64,000 bases of DNA. Source: Candidatus Bathyarchaeia archaeon. GTDB taxonomy: Archaea > Thermoproteota > Bathyarchaeia > Bathyarchaeales > Bathycorpusculaceae. Shown piece after piece: positions 36,198-45,068 of this stretch. The notes beneath the pieces are model-generated. The model did no database searches. It was given only the letters and a program-made list of their open reading frames with translations, and had not been told where the DNA came from. Position 1 is the stretch's first letter. Each line of letters begins with the position of its first letter. The stretch spans positions 184,620 to 248,619 of the forward strand of contig JAVZNE010000001.1 of the NCBI GenBank assembly GCA_038882975.1, written 5' to 3'. Both the position numbers and the translations under genes were made by a program.

Positions 36198-36614
36198 CTA
36201 TTTTTCTGTCTTAATGTTGTAGCTTACTTTGACTCCGGCTTTTTCGAAAAGCTTCCCGACCGGGCAGTTTTCCACTGTCAGCTTGAAAATCCTCTGGACC
36301 GTGTCTTCCGGGGCGTCGGTTTTGACGGTTATGTTGAAGGCTGCTTCTGTTACTGTTCCAGCCTCTTCGGATTTTATGGCTTCAAGCTTAACCTCCAAGT
36401 CTTTGAGTTGAACCCTCATTTTCTTAGCCATTAAAGCGAAGATTGTGGCGAAGCATCCGGCATAGCTCATAACGCCTAGCTCGAGGGCTGTTGGTCCCAT
36501 GTCTGTTCCAAGTTCTGGCGGTAGGTCTAGGCATACGCTGTGGGCTCTTCCATTGTCAACGGCTATTCGCAGGTCCTTTACAAGTTTGGCTGTTGAGCGA
36601 AGCTTTTGCACCAA
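36198..36614 (-). CDS. OsmC/Ohr-family peroxiredoxin
   Basis: 138 aa with the pair of Cys in family-typical contexts (YAGCFA..., VENCPV). TTG start with GAGGTGA 7 nt upstream. Confidence 0.8.
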   Translation of the reverse strand: MVQKLRSTAKLVKDLRIAVDNGRAHSVCLDLPPELGTDMGPTALELGVMSYAGCFATIFALMAKKMRVQLKDLEVKLEAIKSEEAGTVTEAAFNITVKTDAPEDTVQRIFKLTVENCPVGKLFEKAGVKVSYNIKTEK

Positions 36615-36647
36615 ACCATATTCACCTCACATGAAATAAAGAGGAGT

Positions 36648-37298
36648 TTATTGGAGCCTCTTCTTGCAGAGGAACCAGTCAACGCACTCATAGCCCTCTT
36701 GCAAGCGTTTTTCAGCCTCTTCTTGCGTTGTAGGTGGCGGCACTATAACTGGGTCGCCTGGTCTCCAGTTTGCTGGTAAAGCCACCTTGTGCTTGTCGGC
36801 TGTTTGCAATGCATCAATTAGCCTCAAAATTTCGTCCATGTTTCTCCCGACGTTCAGTGGATAGTATATCATTGCCCTAAGCTTCATTTCCGGGTCTATT
36901 ACAAAGACGCAGCGCACTGCTGCTGTTGTGCTTTGTTTGGGGTGTATCATGCCAAACAGGTTCGCTACTTTCATATCCAAGTCGGCGATAACAGGGAACG
37001 GTATGGTTACGCCGAGCTTCTCCTTTATTGTTCTAACCCATGCAATGTGGGAGTAGACGCTGTCGATGCTTAACCCTATGAGTTGGACATTGCGCTTAGC
37101 AAGTTCTGGATATATTTGGGCGAAGGCTACAAACTCTGTTGTGCAGACCGGCGTAAAATCTGCTGGATGCGAAAATAGGATGACCCATTTTCCTTTAAAG
37201 TCTGAAAGCCTTATCTTGCCGTGTGTTGTCACGGCCTCAAAATCTGGGACTATTTCGCCGAGACTCAAGAGAGGCTTTTTCTCCTCAATTTTTTCCAT
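36648..37298 (-). CDS. peroxiredoxin (archaeal Prx6/AhpC-type)
   Basis: [18 protein letters not shown] peroxidatic-Cys motif and SVYSHIAW. Length of 216 aa. Confidence 0.95.
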   Translation of the reverse strand: MEKIEEKKPLLSLGEIVPDFEAVTTHGKIRLSDFKGKWVILFSHPADFTPVCTTEFVAFAQIYPELAKRNVQLIGLSIDSVYSHIAWVRTIKEKLGVTIPFPVIADLDMKVANLFGMIHPKQSTTAAVRCVFVIDPEMKLRAMIYYPLNVGRNMDEILRLIDALQTADKHKVALPANWRPGDPVIVPPPTTQEEAEKRLQEGYECVDWFLCKKRLQ

Positions 37299-37355
37299 TT
37301 TATTTCATTCCTCCTCCGATTTTAAACCGTAATCCTTTTATCCTTCAAGACTTAT

Positions 37356-37850
37356 ATGCTTTTCGTACAAAATTCGGCAAAAATCGTAAAGAATGGTGCG
37401 AAAATGGTAAAAAAGATTGCGGAAATAGACGAACTTGACCTAAAAATCCTAAAACTTCTAGAGGAAGACGGACGCCTAACTTTCATAGACATAGCCAAAA
37501 AATTAAGGCTGAGCGAATCAACAATAAGGAAAAGGGTTCAAGCTCTAAAAGAAAACGGCGTAATAAAAAGGTTCACGGTGGAAATAGACCCAGCTAAAAT
37601 AGGCCTAAACACCGTTGCAATAGTTGGCATAGACGTGGATCCGCCTAAACTTTTGGAGGTAGCCCAAAAACTCTGCGAGTTTAAAGAAATCCGATGTGTA
37701 GCCACGTCCACGGGAGACCACATGATAATGACCGAAATATGGACGGAGGACGGACGCGAACTCACAAGACTTATTTCGGAAAAAATTGGGCCTATTGAAG
37801 GCGTCAAGAAAATTTGTCCGGCAATAATTCTAGAGAAACTGAAAGGCTGA
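37356..37850 (+). CDS. Lrp/AsnC-family transcriptional regulator
   Basis: [47 protein letters not shown] plus a RAM domain. The start is uncertain (ATG 37356 or ATG 37404). Confidence 0.85.
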   Translation: MLFVQNSAKIVKNGAKMVKKIAEIDELDLKILKLLEEDGRLTFIDIAKKLRLSESTIRKRVQALKENGVIKRFTVEIDPAKIGLNTVAIVGIDVDPPKLLEVAQKLCEFKEIRCVATSTGDHMIMTEIWTEDGRELTRLISEKIGPIEGVKKICPAIILEKLKG

Positions 37851-37872
37851 AATTGTCGGAGGATTATGGGGC

Positions 37873-40005
37873 TTGAGCACTCACAGCCATCACGCCCACC
37901 ACGTTGGAGAGTTTAAGCGGCGATTTTTAGTTTCGCTAGCACTAACGGTGCCAATTCTGCTTCTTTCAGAAATGATTCAGATGTGGCTCGGCCTAGAATG
38001 GATAAAAATCCCCTACCAGAAAGAGGTGTTGTCCCTCCTATCCATAATTGTCTACCTTTATGGCGGGTGGCCTTTCCTAAAAGGCTTGTATCAAGAGGTT
38101 AAGGGCAGACAGCCCGGCATGATGACGCTTATTGGCATGGCTGTTTCTGTGGCCATGTTTTACTCGCTTGGAACAGTCTACTTCGCCATAAGCGGCAAAG
38201 ATTTCTTCTGGGAACTCGCAACCCTAATCGATGTTATGCTTTTGGGGCATTGGATTGAGGCAAAAAGCGTTATGGGCGCTTCTATGGCTTTGGAGGAGCT
38301 TGTCCGAATAATGCCAACAACAGCCCACCTAATAAAAAACGGCGAAATCATAGACACCCCAGTCTCACAGCTGAAAAAGGGCGATGTTGTTCTTGTGAGA
38401 CCCGGCGAGAAAATCCCGTCCGACGGCGTTGTTGTTGAAGGCGAATCATATGTTAATGAGGCCTTGTTAACCGGAGAGTCCAGGCCAATAGGCAAAAAGG
38501 TTGGCGAAAAAGTTGTTGGAGGCTCAATAAATGGCGAAGGCATACTAAAAGTTCGGATAGAACGTATCGGTGAAGAAACTTACCTGGCACAAGTTATTAA
38601 ACTGGTTAGGCAAGCCCAGGAAAGCCGCTCGCGAACGCAGGATTTGGCGAACAGAGCCGCCGCGCTCCTTTTCTATGTGGCGTTAAGCGTCGGCATAATA
38701 ACCTTCGCAGCTTGGTCTTTTATGACTAGTTGGGATTTTGCCATCGAAAGAGCTGTAACAGTTCTCGTTATCGCTTGCCCCCATGCTTTAGGATTAGCCA
38801 TACCATTGGTTGTTGCTCTTTCCACATCCATAACAGCAAAGAGCGGAATCCTCATAAGGGATAGGCGAGCCTTCGAAATGGTGAAAGACGTTAACGCCGT
38901 TGTTTTCGACAAGACTGGCACATTGACTGTTGGAAAATTCGGAGTCACCGACATTGTCCCCTTCATACCGGAAGAGGAGCTTTTGAGGCTTACGGCAGGT
39001 GTGGAGCTAAACTCTGAACATGTAATAGCAAAAGCCATAGTAGAATATGCCGAAAGCAAAGGCGTCAAAATTCCACAAGCAAAGGGTTTTAAGGCTTTGC
39101 CTGGTAGGGGCGCCTATGGAAAAGTTGGGAGAAGAGAAGTTTATGTTGGAAGCGTAAACCTCCTTGAAGAGTTGAAAATAGCCGTTAAAGATCCGAGAAT
39201 AAGGAAACTGCAAGACCAAGGCAAAACGGTTGTTTTCACGGTTGTGGATGGAAAACTTGCTGGTGCATTCGCGTTGGCAGACAGCATAAGGGAGGAATCC
39301 CGTGAAGCCGTCAGAAAATTGAAAGAAAACGGCGTCAAGGTTTACATGTTAACCGGAGATTCTGAAGAGGTTGCCCGATGGGTTGCAAAAGAGCTTAGCA
39401 TAGACAGCTATTTCGCGCGGGTTCTCCCGGATAAAAAGGCTGAGAAAATTAGGCGTCTAAAAGAGGAAGGCTACCGAGTAGCCATGGTCGGCGACGGCGT
39501 GAATGACGCACCAGCACTTGTTACGGCGGATGTTGGAATAGCCATAGGCGCTGGAACAGATGTAGCCATAGAAAGCGCAGACATAATCCTAGTTAAAAAC
39601 GACCCACGAGACGTGGTGAAAGTCATAGATATCTCGCGCAAAACATATTCAAAGATGGTTCAAAACCTATGGTGGGCTGCAGGCTACAACATAATAACAA
39701 TTCCAGTAGCAGCTGGAATCCTATCAGGTTTTGGAGTGACGCTTCCAGCGGCGGTTGGCGCAATAATAATGTCCTTCAGCACAGTTATAGTGGCATTAAA
39801 CAGTCAAACTTTGAGGAAGTATGAACCAGAGGAGGTGAAAGCTATTATGGCAAAGAAAACCCTTGTAAAAGACCCAGTTTGTGGAATGAAGATAGACCCA
39901 GAAACGGCGTTTAGCAAAGTTGAGCATGAAGGCCGCATAATCTACTTCTGCTCCAAAATGTGCGAGGAAGAGTTTAAGAAAAACCCAAAGAAGTACATAA
40001 AATAA
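37873..40005 (+). CDS. copB: P1B-type heavy-metal ATPase, CopB-like (CPH motif), with His-rich N-terminus and C-terminal TRASH/YHS domain
   Basis: MSTHSHHAHH, TGES, the TM6 motif CPH (VIACPHALGLA), DKTGTLT, and GDGVNDAP. C-terminal DPVCGMKIDPE..IIYFCSKMCEEEFKKNPKKY. Confidence 0.9.
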   Translation: MSTHSHHAHHVGEFKRRFLVSLALTVPILLLSEMIQMWLGLEWIKIPYQKEVLSLLSIIVYLYGGWPFLKGLYQEVKGRQPGMMTLIGMAVSVAMFYSLGTVYFAISGKDFFWELATLIDVMLLGHWIEAKSVMGASMALEELVRIMPTTAHLIKNGEIIDTPVSQLKKGDVVLVRPGEKIPSDGVVVEGESYVNEALLTGESRPIGKKVGEKVVGGSINGEGILKVRIERIGEETYLAQVIKLVRQAQESRSRTQDLANRAAALLFYVALSVGIITFAAWSFMTSWDFAIERAVTVLVIACPHALGLAIPLVVALSTSITAKSGILIRDRRAFEMVKDVNAVVFDKTGTLTVGKFGVTDIVPFIPEEELLRLTAGVELNSEHVIAKAIVEYAESKGVKIPQAKGFKALPGRGAYGKVGRREVYVGSVNLLEELKIAVKDPRIRKLQDQGKTVVFTVVDGKLAGAFALADSIREESREAVRKLKENGVKVYMLTGDSEEVARWVAKELSIDSYFARVLPDKKAEKIRRLKEEGYRVAMVGDGVNDAPALVTADVGIAIGAGTDVAIESADIILVKNDPRDVVKVIDISRKTYSKMVQNLWWAAGYNIITIPVAAGILSGFGVTLPAAVGAIIMSFSTVIVALNSQTLRKYEPEEVKAIMAKKTLVKDPVCGMKIDPETAFSKVEHEGRIIYFCSKMCEEEFKKNPKKYIK

Positions 40006-40073
40006 GCGGCAAAGGGGATAAAGCTTTAACCAGAGATGCCCCTTACGTTTTTGACTGATATAATGCTGGTGGG

Positions 40074-41111
40074 TTGTTGGGCAGGCTAGCCGAACTAAAA
40101 CTTGCAATGGGCACATCCATATTTCTAGTGGCTTTCATATTTGCGCTCTTTTTGGCGGCGATAATGATAATCTTTCAATTCAGCCTCATCTACGCCATAA
40201 TAGGCACAGCACTATTCATACTCATCCAATATTTGATTGGACCAGCAGTGGTGGCAAGTTCAACAAGGCTCCGCTATTTGGAAAAGGGAGAAAACCCTTG
40301 GCTTGAAGAAACAGTGAAAGAGTTAGCCGATAAATCCGGACTGCCAATGCCAAAACTGGCTATTGTGCCAGACGAAACGCCAAACGCTTTTGTCTTTGGA
40401 AGAACAGCCAAAGATGCCACCCTAGCAGTGCATGAAGGACTCCTCAAAAGGCTTAACAAGGACGAAATCAGGGGCGTAATAGGCCACGAGCTTGGCCACA
40501 TAAAACACAAAGACTTCATCGTCATGACAGTACTTTCGGCACTACCGCTCCTAGCCTATTTGATTGCGAGGGCAACATGGGAAGCTGGAAGGTGGGCCCC
40601 AGCATCAAAAAAGAAGGAGGAAGGTAGCATAAAGGCAGCGCTTTTCGCAGTGGCAATAATCTCCTACATCGTTTACATCATTTCGCTCTTATGTGTCATG
40701 GGTTTAAGCAGGCTACGGGAGCACTACGCTGACGCCTATTCCGCCTACTTGACTGGGTCGCCTAGAAGCCTCCAAAGCGCCCTAGCAAAAATCACTTACG
40801 GTTTGTCGCTTTCGCCAAAACCGCCATCCGGTGCTAGAACCTTCTACATTGGTGACCCGTCGATGGCTAAGCTGGAAATATCCTCCATAATGGAGAAGAA
40901 GGCGGAATACGACTTGGATAGGGACGGCGTCTTAGACGAGCGGGAACTGGAACTGGCCATGGAGAAGGAGGCAAAATCCACATGGGCGAAAATCAACACT
41001 TGGTTCTCAACGCACCCGCCTACGTTCAAGCGAATTCTGCTTTTGCACGAAATTGAAATGGAGATGGAAAGTGGAAGATTCACCGGCGACCGCATATACG
41101 CAAAAATCTAG
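40074..41111 (+). CDS. htpX: zinc metalloprotease HtpX (M48)
   Basis: N-terminal TM helices, the HEXXH motif VIGHELGHIKHKD, the downstream E in EHYADAY, and THPP near the C-terminus. Confidence 0.9.
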   Translation: MLGRLAELKLAMGTSIFLVAFIFALFLAAIMIIFQFSLIYAIIGTALFILIQYLIGPAVVASSTRLRYLEKGENPWLEETVKELADKSGLPMPKLAIVPDETPNAFVFGRTAKDATLAVHEGLLKRLNKDEIRGVIGHELGHIKHKDFIVMTVLSALPLLAYLIARATWEAGRWAPASKKKEEGSIKAALFAVAIISYIVYIISLLCVMGLSRLREHYADAYSAYLTGSPRSLQSALAKITYGLSLSPKPPSGARTFYIGDPSMAKLEISSIMEKKAEYDLDRDGVLDERELELAMEKEAKSTWAKINTWFSTHPPTFKRILLLHEIEMEMESGRFTGDRIYAKI

Positions 41112-41118
41112 ACCCTTT

Positions 41119-41769
41119 CTAGCCTAGACATCCTGAAACATAGCTTAAAAAAGCCTCAGTTTCATCATTTTCCCAGCTGAACTGAAAAAGCCTATCAACC
41201 CAGTCTCTAGCCAATTCTAAAAGACAATCATCCAACTCTCTCGTTATATAGACGAGCACGCAGCGGGTTTCTGGTTTCCAACGTTTTAGAATGGCGAAAG
41301 AGGCAACAGCCGTTTTAAGTCTAGCTGAATCAAGCTCAACCTTCGCGTCAAAAACAACCAGCGGATCAATAAACCCGTCCGCTCTCCGCCCAATGGAAAT
41401 ATCAAATTCCATGGCATAACTTTTCTCGCCGTCTTGCCAAACAAGGCATTTCTCACCCCAAAACACTTCAAAAGGCTTCTTGACGGCGACCCTCTCTTTT
41501 AGGAGGCGGCAAACGTATTCTTCAAAGGCGTAGGCGCGGAACTTTCCGAAAAACTGTGCAACGCCAATTTTAGACTTGTTTACCCTTATGGTTTCATTAA
41601 ATTTGAGGAAGTCTTTTAGGGCTATGGTTTTCGTCCACTTCTCATATTGGGTTTGTAAGGCTTTTCCAAGCCTACGCTGTTTTGCTTTTCTGCTGGAACA
41701 TAGCTCGTTTATATAGTCTATGGGCTTTTTGGCTCTTGCCAATAAGGGTCTCCAAAAGCGTTTTATCAC
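41119..41769 (-). CDS. hypothetical protein with a PD-(D/E)xK nuclease-like motif
   Basis: AMEFDISIG..(15 aa)..VVFDAKVELD fits the D...(D/E)-x-K spacing after an N-terminal helical region of about 100 aa. No family is recognised. Confidence 0.3.
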   Translation of the reverse strand: MIKRFWRPLLARAKKPIDYINELCSSRKAKQRRLGKALQTQYEKWTKTIALKDFLKFNETIRVNKSKIGVAQFFGKFRAYAFEEYVCRLLKERVAVKKPFEVFWGEKCLVWQDGEKSYAMEFDISIGRRADGFIDPLVVFDAKVELDSARLKTAVASFAILKRWKPETRCVLVYITRELDDCLLELARDWVDRLFQFSWENDETEAFLSYVSGCLG

Positions 41770-41817
41770 GAACCGGATTTATTACCTTCGTGGTCTAAGC
41801 GTGAAAGGTGTACTAAA

Positions 41818-42516
41818 ATGAGGGTTAGGCTTCTCCGTTATACGGCGGACCCCGAACTTCTTTGTGGGGCTGCAGCCCTAACATCGTCAAGAAGCGGAAA
41901 TCCATCTGAAATTTTTGATAGCATAGATTTGGATAGGGCTAGGCAGACAATTAGGCGTGTGACTGGTTATGGGCATATGTCGGTGATTGAGCATGCATCC
42001 TTTACTTTCAGCATAGAAGAGGTTTCAAGGGCTTTGACCCACCAGCTTGTCAGGCATCGCATCGCATCCTACACGCAGCAGAGCCAACGTTACGTGATAT
42101 ATGACACATTGAAAAAGTATGTGACGCCACCCACTATAGCCCAAAATTCAGAGGCAAAGAAAATCTTCGATGAAACATTAGAAAGTATATCGGCCACCTA
42201 CAAGAAACTCTTGGAATTGGGCATTCCGAAAGAAGATGCGCGGTATATTCTTCCAAACGCTGCAAAAACAAACATTGTTGTCACCATGAACGCCCGTGAG
42301 CTCCGCCACTTCTTCAACTTGCGGTGCTGCGCCCGCTCTCAATGGGAACTTCGCGAAGTTGCAACAGAAATGCTTCGACAAGTGAAGAAGGTGGCGCCGT
42401 CGCTTTTCGAGAATGCCGGACCAACATGCGTTGAGCTTGGCTATTGCCCAGAGGGAAAAATGAAACCGCTAGAATGCAACATTGAAGAAATTAAAAAGCG
42501 GTTCAAAAACCTCTAA
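41818..42516 (+). CDS. thyX: FAD-dependent thymidylate synthase
   Basis: ThyX signature RHRIASYTQQSQRY. Also SVIEHASFTF and MNARELRHF. Confidence 0.95.
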   Translation: MRVRLLRYTADPELLCGAAALTSSRSGNPSEIFDSIDLDRARQTIRRVTGYGHMSVIEHASFTFSIEEVSRALTHQLVRHRIASYTQQSQRYVIYDTLKKYVTPPTIAQNSEAKKIFDETLESISATYKKLLELGIPKEDARYILPNAAKTNIVVTMNARELRHFFNLRCCARSQWELREVATEMLRQVKKVAPSLFENAGPTCVELGYCPEGKMKPLECNIEEIKKRFKNL

Positions 42517-42535
42517 AACCCTTTAAGCGGTTCAA

Positions 42536-43414
42536 ATGCCAAGGTATAAGGCATATGCCATAACAACAAAGTACTGGCGACCCGGGGAAGACTATGTAGG
42601 GCAGATAATTAAAAGCATTGAGGGGAAAGTTTCAAACGGAGACTTTATTATTATATCGGAAAAAGCCATTGCAACAGCCACCGGCAATATTATAGATGAA
42701 AGCAAGGTAAAGCCAAGCCTAAATGCAAAAATCATCGCCAGACTTTGGATGCCACTTGTTTGGGGCTATTTTCTCGGTCCAATATGTCACCTGCGAAGAA
42801 AGCTCATAGAAAGGCTTAGAAGCTATCCACGGGATGCTGGGAGTCGCCACAAGCAAGTCGCCCTTCAACATGCGGGTTTGCTGCAAGCCTTAATGTTCGG
42901 TTCTGAAGGAGGCATAGATGGAACAAACCTTCCATACGCTTATGTTTGCTTACCCCTAAAAAACGCCCAAGCCATAGCCGAAAAAATACAAAGAAAAATT
43001 TTAGAAGCACTTGGGCGGAAAGTTTGCGTTATAATTGCCGACACGGATAAGACATACTCTTTCAGAAATTTTCATTTCACGCCCAGACCTAAACCAATAA
43101 AGGGAATCCATAACCTTGGAAGCTTCATCGCCTATGTTGCTGGGCGGATGCTGAAGCTGAAGAGAAGGGCAACCCCAATAGCAGTGGCTGGACACCCCAT
43201 CCCAACAGAAGAGGCATTAACGATTGCGGAGATTGCAAACCGCGCTAGGGGTTATGGAGCTGGCAGAACCGTCTGGGACATGGCTGAAAAATTCAGTGTT
43301 AACTTGACCGAGGTTAGCTGGGAAATGCTAGAAAAAATAAAACATAAACCCATAGTAATAGTGCGCGGGATTTCTCGGCAAAAACCCGTGAATTTAACGA
43401 AAATTGAGACTTGA
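42536..43414 (+). CDS. CofE-like (F420-0:gamma-glutamyl ligase family, COG1478) protein
   Basis: IIISEKAIATATGNII and GGIDGTNLPY resemble the CofE blocks (SSK..S..eGR; GID.SN). The substrate cannot be inferred. Confidence 0.5.
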   Translation: MPRYKAYAITTKYWRPGEDYVGQIIKSIEGKVSNGDFIIISEKAIATATGNIIDESKVKPSLNAKIIARLWMPLVWGYFLGPICHLRRKLIERLRSYPRDAGSRHKQVALQHAGLLQALMFGSEGGIDGTNLPYAYVCLPLKNAQAIAEKIQRKILEALGRKVCVIIADTDKTYSFRNFHFTPRPKPIKGIHNLGSFIAYVAGRMLKLKRRATPIAVAGHPIPTEEALTIAEIANRARGYGAGRTVWDMAEKFSVNLTEVSWEMLEKIKHKPIVIVRGISRQKPVNLTKIET

Positions 43415-43493
43415 TAAAACGTCTTTCTATAGGCTTGAAAATTTATAAGGCGCTATATTACAAACATTACTTTATGGTTAAAAAATTTCATTT

Positions 43494-44834
43494 TTGTGTT
43501 TGTGCGTTGACACTTTTTGCATAGTGCTTTGGATTACGACCGTCATTAAGCCTTCATTTGAAGACATACCTACCACTGATATCCCACTGTTTAAGATTTT
43601 GAATAAGGAGATTACAAGTTTTGTTGGAGGGGCGAACATTACATTGACTTTTCGTAATTATGGTTATAGTGCTACAAGCGGAACTGTTTGGATTCCTTGG
43701 GAGAAAGTTTGGTATGGAATAAAGTTGAGTGGTCATCCTCCACGTGGAAACATCAGCGAAGCAGTTTTGCCTTTTGATGTTAACGGAGACGGCGATATAG
43801 CAGATGTTTTTACTGTTGGATATATAGATAATAAAACTGTTCTAATCGAGGGGACGCCCGTTTATGCCATGCGTTTCCCGGAACAGATGGCACCATACGA
43901 TTTTGGCATGTATATGATTTGGGAAAGGAGAGATTTCACTTTAGGTTCGAAGACTCACGCATTATATCGCGTTACTTACTATCCAGCGCAGAACTATGGT
44001 TACGCTGCTTTTGGTTTAGAGTCATTTTTCCGTGATCACCCAAGCCCCAACATTGAATTTGTCATTGAGCGCGCAGCGGATTCCATAAATAGCCCCGCAA
44101 CAGCCGAGATAACCTATATGGAAATTAACGGAGTTTCGATTCCATACGAGTTTAACAGAGTCTTTGCAGCACTCGATGATCAGCAATGGTTTGTTGAAAA
44201 TGTATATGTTTATCCTCTTGGTTCTGTAGCAAATGGCACCACGTTCACTGTTAAACTGACTATAACGGGCGACCCTGCCGCATACTTATTCCATGCAATA
44301 ATTAACTGGTCTCCTGACGCTTCTCATCTTTATCGATTCTATGTATGGGAAGCCGAGGATATTCCTATCGGTATAAGTGGAACTGTTCACAGACAAGTTG
44401 ATTACGGAGGCGAAACATTCAATATCGACATCAACACTAATTCAACAATTTCACCAATAATAGCCTTCAATTCCACAAAGAAGGAGATCAGTTTTAAAGC
44501 CGCCATTTATCCAGACTACAGAAAACCAGCCATGTATTTTTGGAACATAAGTATCCCTCAAAATCTTTTAACAGACAATCCTTGGACGGTCTCTTTAGAC
44601 GGTGAAACGATACCATTTATATCAACCACCAACGGAACTCACACCTTTCTCTACTTCAATTATTCATTCCAGTACTGGTTCATAATTCATACAATTTCCA
44701 TAAAAGGAACATGGGCTATTCCAGAGGCAACACCAAATACTCTCCTGCCATTTTTCATCATAATAATATTCCTTGTATCCACATTATACAAAAGAAGCGA
44801 CGTGACCTCAACGAGAGCAACAAAAGATAGCTGA
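43494..44834 (+). CDS. secreted/anchored protein, unknown function; 5' end possibly frame-disrupted
   Basis: About 10 N-x-S/T sequons. C-terminal hydrophobic anchor plus basic residues (LLPFFIIIIFLVSTLYKRS). An ATG-led signal-like peptide lies in another frame just upstream (43474-43524). Confidence 0.5.
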   Translation: MCLCVDTFCIVLWITTVIKPSFEDIPTTDIPLFKILNKEITSFVGGANITLTFRNYGYSATSGTVWIPWEKVWYGIKLSGHPPRGNISEAVLPFDVNGDGDIADVFTVGYIDNKTVLIEGTPVYAMRFPEQMAPYDFGMYMIWERRDFTLGSKTHALYRVTYYPAQNYGYAAFGLESFFRDHPSPNIEFVIERAADSINSPATAEITYMEINGVSIPYEFNRVFAALDDQQWFVENVYVYPLGSVANGTTFTVKLTITGDPAAYLFHAIINWSPDASHLYRFYVWEAEDIPIGISGTVHRQVDYGGETFNIDINTNSTISPIIAFNSTKKEISFKAAIYPDYRKPAMYFWNISIPQNLLTDNPWTVSLDGETIPFISTTNGTHTFLYFNYSFQYWFIIHTISIKGTWAIPEATPNTLLPFFIIIIFLVSTLYKRSDVTSTRATKDS

Positions 44835-45068
44835 GGTATCAATTTAATTGACTTTTTGTTGGTGTGGGATTCTAGAGGGGGAGGGGGCTATTGGTTGTTT
44901 TAAGCCAAAAACTATAGAGGGTAGTGTTTTTGTGGCTGTTTTCCAAGCACAAATATGTGGTTAGAAAGCTTCTATGCTTAGTGCTTTTGGTGGGGAAAAG
45001 GAAATAAAGAGCAAAGGATAAAACCAGCAAAAGAGTAGCCGCTTAACCATCAATTAAAAGGGTGAGAG

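Noticed and set aside
44877-44887. Possible G-quadruplex from the G5 tracts.
   Set aside because: Only two G-runs are present, and at least four would be needed for an intramolecular G4.
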